Under the pieces are notes generated by a model. The model ran no database searches, had not been told where the DNA came from, and saw only the letters and a program-made list of their open reading frames with translations. Position numbers and translations under genes: made by a program. DNA of 64,000 nt from Torpedo marmorata (taxonomy: Eukaryota). The stretch lies in the NCBI GenBank assembly GCA_977017645.1, contig OZ360224.1, forward strand, positions 129,146,001 through 129,210,000, read 5' to 3'. Of the stretch, positions 1 to 10,739 are shown one piece after another (positions within the stretch are counted from its first letter, which is position 1; every line of letters begins with the position of its first letter).

Positions 1-1888
1 CTAAAGCAACAACAGAGTTTTTCAAAATTAAAACTGGAAAATTCCTGAATAGCCAAGTCAGTCACCCGATCTAAATCCAATTGAGCATGCCTTCCATATG
101 CTGAAGAGAAAGCTTAAGGGGACAAGCCCCTCAAACAAGCAGGAGCTGAAGATGGCTGCAGTAGAGGCCTGGCAGAACATCACCAGAGAAGATGCTCAGC
201 ACAGATTTCAAGCAGTCATTACATGCAAGGGATATGCAACAAAGTAGTAAACATAACTAATTTAATATACATACCACTGTTATGTCCCAAATATTATGGT
301 GCCCTGAAATGAGGGGACATTGTATAAAAAGTGCTTTAATTTCTACATGTTTTATTTTATTTTTTTAAATATTTTATTTAAAAATTTTAAATCACAAAAT
401 ACATAAAATAAAATACAAAATTATCAAAATACATGTGATACATTTTCACCCTCCCTCCCCTCCCTAACCCTCCCACCCCTACTAATCTACTAAAATAAAA
501 AAGAGAAAGAAAGAAAGAAAGAAAAAGATAGAGTAAGGAGAATGTCAATCTAAAAAGAACAACTATAAACTAATTTTATTGTGGAAGATAGATTCGCCAG
601 TCAGATCTGATATCCAGAGATCTTCAAATCCTTAAACCAACAGTTTTTATATATGGGCTCCATATTTTCAAAAAGAAATGATATTTATTACTTAAATTAT
701 AAGTAATTTCTTCAAGTGGTATAGCTGAATGAAGCTCTGCATGCTATCTTTCTAACCCTAAATCTACATCAGATTTCCAAGAAAAAGCAAAGCATTTCTT
801 AGAAACAGCTAAAGCAATTCGCAGAAATTCTATTTGATACATATTTAATTTCATCTTAATACTAATTCTTTTAATATCTCCAAACAAAAATATCATAGGG
901 TCCATTGGAAGTGTAATACTTAATACTTTATCTAAAAAATTTTTAACTTTCAACCAAAAATCATATATCTTTGGACAGAACCATGTAGAATGTGCAAAAG
1001 AACCTTCCTCTCTATTACATCTAAAACATAAACCTGATAATGTTGAATTAAATTTCTTTAATTTTTTAGGCGTTAAATATAATTGATGAAAAAATTATAT
1101 TGCACTAATCTATATCTAACGTTAATAATCTTCATCATACTTAGTTTACATAATTCTTTCCAATGTTCTTCATCTATTGTTATATTCAAATCTGATTCCC
1201 ATTTTAATCTTGATTTATGAATTCCTAATTTAGGCATTTTCCTCTGTAACAATCTATACATTTGAGAAATAAATTTATTTACACCTCCATTAGTAACTAA
1301 TAATTCCAGTTCACTCTGTCTTGGTAAAGTCAAACTATAACCCAACTTTTCAACTAAAAATGCTCTAATTTGATAATAAATTTACTAGCTTCAAAACAAT
1401 CATTTATTTTCTTAATTCCCTTTTGGAACCAAATTTTAAATAATTGATTATCAACAGTAAATGGAATAAGTTTATTTTGATATAAAGGCATTTTTCGAGA
1501 AATTGACCCTTTCGCTCCTATCTCCCTATCCACTCTATTCCATATTTCTAACAAATGTTTAAAAATAGGAGAATTCTTCCCTCTTGTTAATAATAAATTA
1601 GAATTCCATTTATAAATAACTTCTTCTTTCAAATCTTCTCCTATATTATTTAATTCTATTCTAATCCAAGCAGAAGATTTTCCTAAATCAAACATTTCAT
1701 TAACAAATTTTAATTGAGCTGCTTTATAATAATTTCTACATGGTTAAACCAAAATGTGTACAAATAACTTCGAATAAAATCTGCACTTTAATCACATGTG
1801 AATTGTTTGATTACAAATTTAAAATTGTGGAGTAGTGGGGAAAATAAAGGAAAAAGTGTCTTTGTCCCAAACATTATGGAGGGCACTG
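1..1888 (+). mobile_element. Tc1/mariner DNA transposon, 3' part (degenerate transposase C-terminus plus right TIR), split by an L1 insertion at 350-1729
   Basis: Bases 1-250 translate to ...PSQSPDLNPIEHAFHMLKRKLKG...AVEAW... (Tc1 SPDLNPIE motif). The element ends TTTGTCCCAAACATTATGGAGGGCACTG followed by TA (1889-1890), the typical Tc1 terminus and TA target. Confidence 0.85.
350..1729 (-). mobile_element. 5'-truncated L1-clade LINE (ORF2 C-terminal region, 3' UTR, A-rich tail)
   Basis: Minus-strand ORF fragments 1354-1695, 1073-1345 and 744-953 resemble the fish L1 ORF2 C-terminus, including a CFRC...H..W.C zinc-knuckle near 975-1030. T-rich tail at about 350-400. 13-bp TSD TAATTTCTACATG at 337-349 and 1730-1742. 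Confidence 0.85.
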
Positions 1889-3459
1889 TACATAAGTACA
1901 GTGTATGGATGCACCAAAATTCTTGTTTGTTACAGCCAAACAGGTATGTAAGATGCACCAACTCAATAGTAAAAATTAAATGTCCAATGTGTATTATAGG
2001 AGCTGCAATGCATTGCACTTTGCTTCCTAAATTCAGTTGAGTGGTGCTGCAGGAAACCATGATGTTAATACCTCAAAGGGAGTCAGTCATTCTGAGAAGG
2101 AATAAATAACTGATTCATGCAGAGACACAGAAGCTAAGGTACTCACATGTTGGTGGGACCTGCAAACGGATAATACAGATTTTACCAGGCGACCCATACA
2201 TCAGAAGTGAGCTAAAGCAGATTGCAAAAACAGGGCAGCAACAGAAAAAAACACGTTAATGGGTGTGAGACTGTTCAAACGCTGCCCAGCTGTTGCACAT
2301 GCACTCCAGGGATTGGTCAATGAAGAGAATACATCTGAGCAACAAGATAAAATGTATAAGAGGCTGGCAAGCTTCCCAATCCCACTCTGCATTCATGCAG
2401 AGATTAGAGGAATCTCTCAAGCATTGCTGGCATGTTATTGAAGGTTTTTATCCATGGAAAGGGGGTTGCCTGCATGGAACATCAAAATCCCAGTGAGTGC
2501 ATAAAGGCATAGACATGAGCTTACTCACTGTGAATTCAGCATCAGATCTTATGGATAACATTGGCTGTTAATCATCATCATTGAGGCAAAGTGCTCACTA
2601 GGTTATTGCTTGCAGGAAAGTGTGCCAGTCCAGGAGAAGGAGGATGGGAAGAAGTGAGGGCGCCAATCAAAGCACTTGTTCTTTCCACCAGTCACCTTCC
2701 ATTCCTGCCACTCACCTTCACCTGCAACACAACTGAACCCACAAAGTGGCCTTGTGTTCCAAGTGCCAGCTCTGTTCCTGCACAGGTGCAGGTGAGGCAT
2801 TTTCAGGCAAAGTACTCAAGGTACAAGATGAAGCTGACCTAAAGCATCTCAGCAGTCAGAGTAGGGATCTGAACACCTTGTCTCTACCTCTGCTGAAGCA
2901 ACAAGGGTTGTGCTATGCAAAAGTGGGAGGAAGTAGAAGTAAAAGGGTAAAGACCTGTACAAGCAAAACGATGTTGCAACAACGTTCCAGTATTATTTTT
3001 CTGTTATACTTGTTGATAGTATTTTCTTCCACCACCTTCGAGTCTTTTACATTTTTGGTTAGTTCCTGGCAAGTGACCATGCAATGTGAAAGGCAAGCAC
3101 AGCTATTTTTATGACCACTGTGTACTGAGGGAGGAGCTGAGGAGAGTGTGAATTTGGCATCTGGATGTCAGCAGGATGAGCTATAGAGCCTAACTGAACG
3201 TCACATTAATGAGGATGCCTCAGCCATCGTTACCTGCAGAAAGCCACCCAGCTGCATAAATCTGAACACCCACCAATTCCATGTGACCTCAGTATAGAAA
3301 AGGTTCTTATAACTGGTGGCTTCACCAGATAATCCACCCTATAGAAGGATATGGTCTTAATGTAGGTAAATGGGATTACTGTAGATGGGCAAAAATATTG
3401 TCACAGATGTGGGCTGCAGGTCTGTTTCTGCGCTGTGCAAATCTATGACTCTTTAACCA

Positions 3460-3725
3460 CGCCTTATTTATTTGTGTTCAGCTGTAAGTTCAGTTCATAT
3501 GTCTCTGGCAGTCTCTCAGCAGAATACCAAAACAAAGCGACAGAGTGCCACTGGTATCGTGTGGCCATCAGACAATTAAACAAGAGTTCCACCCACCTAG
3601 CTGCCAATATTTGCCTCTGACTGACAGGAGGTTGTTGACGACTGTGCTTCTGGTGTTCTAACCTGTCCAGGAAGGTTATCCCCTGCCTGAGCACCCCAGG
3701 TGGCAGCACTGTCTTCTCATGAGCT
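3460..3725 (-). pseudogene. Highly degenerate PIF/Harbinger (HARBI1-like) transposase N-terminal relic
   Basis: Minus-strand peptides VLRQGITFLDRLEHQ and GHTIPVA resemble the fish Harbinger transposase segments VYRQR.SFLD.SE.QC and GHALPVA. Weak, frameshifted similarity only. Confidence 0.35.
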
Positions 3726-3774
3726 ACACTGCTGTTTATTATGGAGCTCCAAGTCCTGCTTCTATCACTCTTGC

Positions 3775-3870
3775 TCCTTCAAAAACGTACGGGGGTTGTA
3801 GATTAATTGGGGTATTTGGGTGACATAGGCTCATAGGCTGGAAGGGCCTGTTACCATCCTGTATGACTAC
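3775..3870 (+). repeat. 3' fragment of a V-SINE/HE1-like SINE
   Basis: AAAACGTACGGGGGTTGTAGATTAATTGGG...GAAGGGCCTGTTAC matches the 3' half of the SINE copy at 17048-17303. Confidence 0.65.
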
Positions 3871-4074
3871 AGTGCTTTAAAAATGTAAAAAAAAATGTAA
3901 TCCTTCGCTGATCTAAAGACCAAACCAGCAACACTCCTACTAATGTAGAGCTCCAATACGCGATCACACAGATTGGCCTCCAAAGTAAATTGCAAACTTT
4001 AAAAACTAAACTCCAAGTTTAGTGTGAGCTAAGTTCTCTCAACAGCCTTTAACAAATTCATTCAAGGAAGCAGC

Positions 4075-4501
4075 TGTGATATCATCCACTATCGAGAACA
4101 TCTACATTGAACATTACCATCAGAGAGCAGCAGCAATTATCAAGGACCCACACCACCCAAGACAATTCTCTGTTCTCGCTGCTGCCAACAGGGAGGAGGT
4201 ACAGGGGCCACAGGACTCGTACCCACTAGGTTCAGGAATAGTTGCTACCTCTCAATGATCAGATTCCTGAACAATAGACTCATTCAGAGACACATTTAAG
4301 GACTCGTAATTTGCTAATTATTTATTACTGTATATTTATACATCTGCATTTGCACAGTCAGTTTGCTTACAGTTATTTCTTTATTTGAGTATAATTTACA
4401 GTTACTGGTAATTAGAAATTCTGCCTGGCCCGCAGAAAAATAATGTCAGGGTTGCATGTGATATCATATATGTACTCTGACAATAAATTTGAACTTTGAA
4501 C
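4075..4501 (+). repeat. Old 3' fragment of a Rex1/Babar-type LINE
   Basis: Encodes IENIY...AAAIIKDPHHP, like the C-termini of the other Rex1-type copies. Ends in AATAAA plus a short TTTGAAC repeat tail. Confidence 0.65.
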
Positions 4502-5369
4502 ATTGCTGTTGAGTGACTTGCTTGTCCTTTCTGCAGCCCTACCAATGGCACTGTGTTCTCATCTTGCTTTCAGTGGTGAGTGTCCAGGAAGAGCCTTACA
4601 AACCCATGCTAATATCACTCAAATTGTATGATTAACATATTGAAATTGACAACCTGCCTCTCCCAAGGGGTTTGCTCAGCTGGACGTGCTCGGCTTAATT
4701 GCATAACTGTCAGGTTGGCGACAGCTTCCTGAAGCACTTTTGCTCTCAGCACATTTGATCTCGGAAGCGCTTCAAAACCCACTTACTCACAAAAGTTAAA
4801 GTTCAGCACGAAGTCTCATAAGTCACCACAATGTTGAGACTCAACAGTTCAGTGATTATTTGGGACTGAAACACAGACTTATATTATTGCAAATCCTGAC
4901 AGTGACCATCACTTTGGTGAGTTGGATGCCAGTGGAATGTCTGATTACTCCTTCCTGCTGTACATGTTATACCCAGGAGTCACGCTTTGAGAATTAAACT
5001 GAATTTCCTTATCACAGCAATCTGCTTTGTGATCATTTTGCTTAAACACAGCACATCACATGGAATAACAGATATCCAGAAATCAGTAAATAGTGGTGTG
5101 ACAATAAGTTTTTAAAACCTTTAACAGAATATGAAGTGGGAGACTTTCAGGATGCTGAGGAATTCTATAGGTTTGAGGACCCACTAAAGAGTGAGTTAGT
5201 GTACATATGTTGTAGCAAGTTCAACGAGGTCAAGTTAGTGGGGCAAACCTAATCAGACTGGGGACTAATGTTAGCAGAAACTTGGAATGAATGAATGGTG
5301 AGCTCTCTGACAGTGAGAGAGGGAGATGTTAAGCAGTAAAGGAGAGAACATCAAACCTAGTTAAAGAAG

Positions 5370-5580
5370 AAAATCTGCAGATGTTGGGGTCAGGTGCAAA
5401 ACATAAACGTGCTTGAAAAACTCATCACATCACGCAGCATCCATAGAAGTAAAGGGTAACCAACATTTCGGGCCTGGGCCCTTCGTCATTCCTCACAAGG
5501 GCTCAGACCTGAAATGTTGGTTACCTTTTACTTCCCATGGATGCTGCATGACCTGTTGTGTTCCTCCAGCTCATTTGTCA
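5370..5580. repeat. Fold-back element made of two inverted Penelope terminal (pLTR-like) segments
   Basis: Arm GCAGCATCCATAGAAGTAAAGGGTAACCAACATTTCGGGCCTGGGCCCTT is followed by its imperfect reverse complement AAGGGCTCAGACCTGAAATGTTGGTTACCTTTTACTTCCCATGGATGCTGC. The same sequence family ends the Penelope fragment at about 47360-47450. Confidence 0.7.
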
Positions 5581-6274
5581 AACCAAGATTGGGGAGAGAT
5601 CTGGCCATCAGACAGAAACCTCCGCCTTGTAAATTATTCAACTATGAGTAAAATGGTGGAGATTGTCCTCACTAACATTCCTTTCTTCCCCCAATATTAA
5701 TCTGTTCCTTTTAAGCACAACACCTACAGAAAGTGAAAAGGCCCTGATTTAAATTGTGTATTGAATCAAATGATGTCACCAGGGACGAATTTGCAATTTG
5801 AGACTGGGCAAGCAAGTGGGATGTCTGGGTGACCGTCAGGGTGCTCAGCGATAGATGGAAGTGGGTGAAGTAGGGATGTTGGGCAGATGGAGCCAGGCGG
5901 GGAAAGGGGGAGGGGAATTTTCAGATGGTGGCTGGTGGGTGGTAAGTGGATACAGACAAGAGCGAAAAAGAATTGGGCTCCATCTGCCCACCACCTTCAC
6001 CTAGTTCCACATATCATCGCCCAGCCTCTGTCTCACCCCTCCCTCTCACCTCTCTCGACTGGCTTCCTTCCCTCTGCACTCTCAATCCTGATGCAGTGTC
6101 TTGACCCAAAACATTGACCATCTCTTTGCTTCCACAGGTGCTGCTCGACCCACAGAGTTCTTCCCAGCAGTTTGTCTTTTGCGGCATAAATGCATTATTT
6201 TTTATCAAGAATTGTGCACATGAGGATAGTGATTATCATTCACAGGGCCTTTAGTTTCTTACATTTTAGCATAA

Positions 6275-6450
6275 AACCATAAGATGTAGGAGGAAAATTT
6301 GGCCATTTGGCCCATCGAGTCCACTCTGCCATTCAAATCATGGCTGATGTATTTTTCCTCTCAAACCCATTTTCCTGCCTTCTCCTTGTAACGCCCTTGG
6401 AACCTATCAACCTCTGCTATAAATATACCCAATGATTTAGCCTCCATGTT
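6275..6450 (-). repeat. CR1 LINE 3' end fragment
   Basis: ACCATAAGATGTAGGAG...GGCCATTTGGCCCATCGAGTC...TCATGGCTGAT is the reverse complement of a typical CR1 3' UTR. Confidence 0.6.
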
Positions 6451-6509
6451 CATTCTCTATTTTTACTTTGACTACAACAATCAAAAGTAGTTTTCAGACC
6501 GTGCAGTGA

Positions 6510-7776
6510 TTCTTTACACCAGACCTATTAGTCAGTGTTCCATGGGGTCAAAGAAAATGAGAATATCAAGTTTTTGTCAAGGTAATATAATCTATTTGTG
6601 ATTGACTAACCTGTTGGAGTGATTGAGGATGGGACTAGTAGAAAAATGAAGGAGAACCAGCGGACATGGTGTATTTAAATATATGGAAGGCTTTCTAAAA
6701 GGTCCCACACAGGAGATTGATTAACAAGGTTGGAACACATAGAATTTTGGGTAATGTCCTAACATGGATTGAGAACAGGTTATCAACAGAAAGCAAAAAC
6801 CAAAGAGTTGGACAACACAGATTCTCATGTTGGCAGGCTGTGACAAATGGGGAATTACACTGGTGCTTGGCTCCCACTACACCCAACCTACACTAATGAT
6901 TTAGCTGAGTACATGAAATGTCATTTCTCAACTTACTGATGATACCAAACTGCGTAAGATTGCAAGTACACAGGAAAATGTAGATGTGCAGAGCACAGTT
7001 GTTCAGCTAATAGGTTCAATCCTGTCTCCGGTGCTGTCTATGACCAATTTGCATGTTCTCTCTACGATCACATGGATTTCCCCTGGATGCTTTGGTTTCC
7101 TCCTATATCTCAAAGATAAGGAGGTTGGGAGGTTAATTGGCCACTATAAAATTGGCTCTGGTATAGATTAGTGAGATGCATTGATGGCAATGTGGAGAAA
7201 ATAAGTTATGAAAAAATAGTGGGCTTGGTATGATCAGTGAGCCAGAAAATATTCGTTTGGCCAAAATGGTCTCTTTCTATGCCTTAAGGATTTAAAGAAA
7301 TATGATGTCAAGCTGAATGAGTGGGTGTGAGCGGAGAAGCAGGGATGGTAGGTCTGCTGTGTGATGAGAGACCAAGTACAGTTGGGTTTTATTCTTTAGA
7401 GTTTAGAAAAACAAGAGAAGATCAAAACTTACAAAATTCTTAAAAGACTTGATAGAGTAGATGCAAGGAGAATGTCTCCTCTGGCTGAAGAGACTACAAC
7501 CACAGGGGTACAGTTTGATAACAAGGTATAGTTCATTTTGGACTGAGGTAAGGAGAAATTTTTCACACAGTGAGCCATGGAATTCTCTATTTCAGACAGC
7601 AGTGGAAGCTCAGTCATTGTGTCATTTCAAAAGAGAAATAGATAGATCTAGACATCAGGGAATCAAAAGAGATGGGAATAGTGCAGAAAAATGGCACCAA
7701 GATAGACCTTGATAAATGGCAGAGCAGACCCAAAGGGCCATTGGGCTACTCCTGCTTCTTATGTTCTTACATTCTT
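6510..7776 (+). mobile_element. Degenerate CR1 LINE (RT region to 3' tail) containing a V-SINE at about 6990-7285
   Basis: CR1-like segments (LTNLLE, KAF.KVPH.RL, FTDDTKL) and a 3' tail CTCCTGCTTCTTATGTTCTTACATTCTT. The internal SINE has a B-box-like GGTTCAATCC and V-domain GCATGTTCTC...GGTTTCCTCC. Confidence 0.65.
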
Positions 7777-7817
7777 AATTTCAAAATGTTTTTACTAATT
7801 GGTCTATTTTTTAATTA

Positions 7818-8434
7818 CACTGGACAACAATTTTTTTTCAAAAGGTTTGCTTCCTGAAAAAAAAATTGGAGATTATGATAGACAACTTCAAGCTGAACAT
7901 AAAGATAATTTGAGATTTGCTGTATCACATAGGAAGTTGGAGATACATTAAATTAACTTTTACTGAATGTAGCATGTTTAAACGCATAATGATGCTGACA
8001 CGTTGCGTTAGTTAAACGACCTAAAAATGTTTTGCTGCTGATTTTCATTTGTACTCAGCATCTGATGCCTCTCGAGTCAGTGTCCAACAATAGTCGGACA
8101 GCACTGATGGATTCCAGTTGCCCTGATACCGCTTTTCCATGGTCACAATGTCCTGGTGAAACCTTTCACCATGTTCGTCACTGACTGCACCAAGATCAGC
8201 AGGGAAGAAGTCCAAGTGCGAATGCAGAAAATGAATTTTCAATGACATGTTGCACTTCATGATTTTGTATTCTTGAAGTAGACTTAAAATATGACAGTAA
8301 ATCACAAAATAGGTTATATCTTAAAAAAACAGTACATGATAGGAAAATTTTCAGGAGATTTTCGTGATCGGCAGCCCAACATCCGTAAAATACATCCAAA
8401 AGTGTTCAGGAAGCAAAATCTTCATTGTCCAGTG
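7818..8434 (-). mobile_element. Chapaev3 (CMC superfamily) DNA transposon, internally deleted non-autonomous copy
   Basis: Termini CACTGGACAA...TTGTCCAGTG, shared subterminal TTTGCTTCCTGAA and 3-bp TTA TSD (7815-7817, 8435-8437). ORF 8045-8305 contains MSLKIHFLHSHLDFFP.DLGAVSDEHGERFHQDI..MEKRYQG.W....L.DYCW, the Chapaev-type transposase C-terminus. Confidence 0.85.
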
Positions 8435-10739
8435 TTATTCAAGCCTTGTTATTAATATAACTCTGAGACATTCAGAAACAGTTCCAAAAGTGACAAGGTG
8501 TATTGAGGGTTGGGCTTCAGACCCAACATCTGAGTCCTATTCACAGTATGGAGACAACCTTTTCTTGTGGCACACCTCTCAGATACAAAGGGCTGCCTCA
8601 GCTGGCCCTCAAAAGGTTGTGAAGAAAGGTGGGCATTGCAGGCAACAGATTTGGGCAGTAGAAGATCCAAGAGGATCAGGACCAAGAACGAACTAAAAGA
8701 CACTGGATGTCAACATTTTCTTCTCGTAACCTAATCACATGGAAAAAATACGGGATCCAGAGAAAATGCACCAATTGACAGGATTCTGCAGATTCGAGAT
8801 TTACTGAGTTTTATTCGTCTGAGGCCTCACACTGAATAGAACTATTGGAGTGTTATTTTTGTTGGAGTGGACCAATGTTTGAATCCCTTCTTTCAGCATT
8901 GATAGTTCTGGAGAGCATAACTCACTCCACTCCAAGAAATTATGATACTGAGGAAAAATATGAATAAAATTGGAAAATCCTTAAATGGTATGTTGTGCTT
9001 ATTTTCCCATATCTGCATTGAAAACGGGATAATGTTTTCGATAATACCATGACGTACATAGGAAAGGGAATGTTCTGGTTGACCAAATATCAGCATTCAG
9101 TAATGTGCTTTTAATCACCCAATCCAAGCAGTCATACCATAGAGAAAATTTTAGCTTTTTTATGGAAGTTTCCTTGGAGCTACACATCTTGCAGCACTTA
9201 TTGTGGCTCAAACCCTCCCTGTCTTTGCTGCCCTTGTAAAAATATACAAACCCCCACCCTCAAAAAAAGACATCAGTGAAAGGTTTTGCCTCAAGAAAAT
9301 GACTTACAGTCAGAATGACACGTGTGGCCTCAGTCACTTCTTGGACTATGACCTACACCCAGTTCCAATCTATTCATGGCTCTCACAATGGACGCTTTAT
9401 TATAATAGATTTCTACCTTTAAATGATTGGATGCTTCCATTCTGCAACTGGGTCTTGGCTGAAGAAAATGAATGTAGCAGGTTTTAACGTAACCCTGATA
9501 GCTGTTTATTTTTGAGAAGAAATCAAAAGGAAGCTCAAGCAACTGAGAAAATATCTGTGGTCCAGACAGATAGGGCCTTTTAATAGCTTTAGAGCTGAAT
9601 AATCAACATGAGATAAATTTGATTTGGCAGTTTAGAGCCTGAGGCTTCAACAGACCCAGGAACGAGTAGGTCCCTTCCAATTAAGGGAGTAACCTGTATT
9701 CTCTGTGAAGAATGGAATATTTGAATCTGAACATTTTTAGCTATTTATACTGTTTCTCCAGGGGATTCACCAATCTTCACTGGATGACCCATGCAGAAAT
9801 TTCAGGCACAGGTTTTTCTGGTACTATTTGTGTTTTGCTCATGTGTTGCTTTAGAATTAAACACAAAGATGAAGCACAAAACTTCAACAAAATAAAAGGG
9901 TGCACATATAAAGCATACATTAAAAAAATAAAATGAATGTATGATACTTAGGAAATATACTTGAATAAAATTGTAAAATCCTTAAATAGTATTTTCTGTT
10001 TATTTTCCCATACTTTAGTGATAGTGTTTTAAATGATGTCATGATGTCAAGGCTGCCCATGCATAAAAAGGGAAATGTTCTGATATCAGTTTTGAATGTT
10101 GTGCTTTTAACCACTCAATCCATTTAAAATTAGATTAGCAGATAAATGTAACAATATTACACAAAATAAATTGGAAATCCTTTAAGTTAATGCAGATAAA
10201 GACTGATATAAAATTCACCTTATCCTATAAGGAAAATCCATAATAATCAATGAGGAATATATATGTGCTCCACGTGCATCTGTAACTTGGCAAACTATGT
10301 CCAGATGCAGACATTCCCAGCAATACAGACATTCTCAATTGAAGTCCATTTAAATCTGGGATGTTGAGAAGCAAAGACTGTCAGAGGCATCATTAGACTG
10401 GCAAAATTCCAAACTGTTGACAGCAATAAAATTTGTAATAACATCTCATCACCCACATGATGCACTTTGTAAACACTTGTCTTGCATGAAAGACTTACAC
10501 TGGAGGACAAGCCACTTCAAAAGGGATCAGCTGAATATTCAGGATCAAGGTACCTGTTTGTTAGGAAAGTGTTTATTTGGGAGTACCTCGATTCTTACAT
10601 CTTTGATGGAACGGTGAGGGACAAACACCTTCCAACTCTGAAGTGGTTCTTTACTAATTTGGGGATATATATTTACCAGCTGATCTATTAACATCAAAGA
10701 TAAAAACCAATGAAGGGAATTAAGTAATGTTTGATCATA

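Noticed and set aside
8452-8716. Minus-strand ORF with a signal-peptide-like start (possible secreted protein or interferon exon 1)
   Set aside because: The nearest ATG is out of frame, there is no convincing family motif or downstream exon, and the plus strand looks like a decayed LINE.
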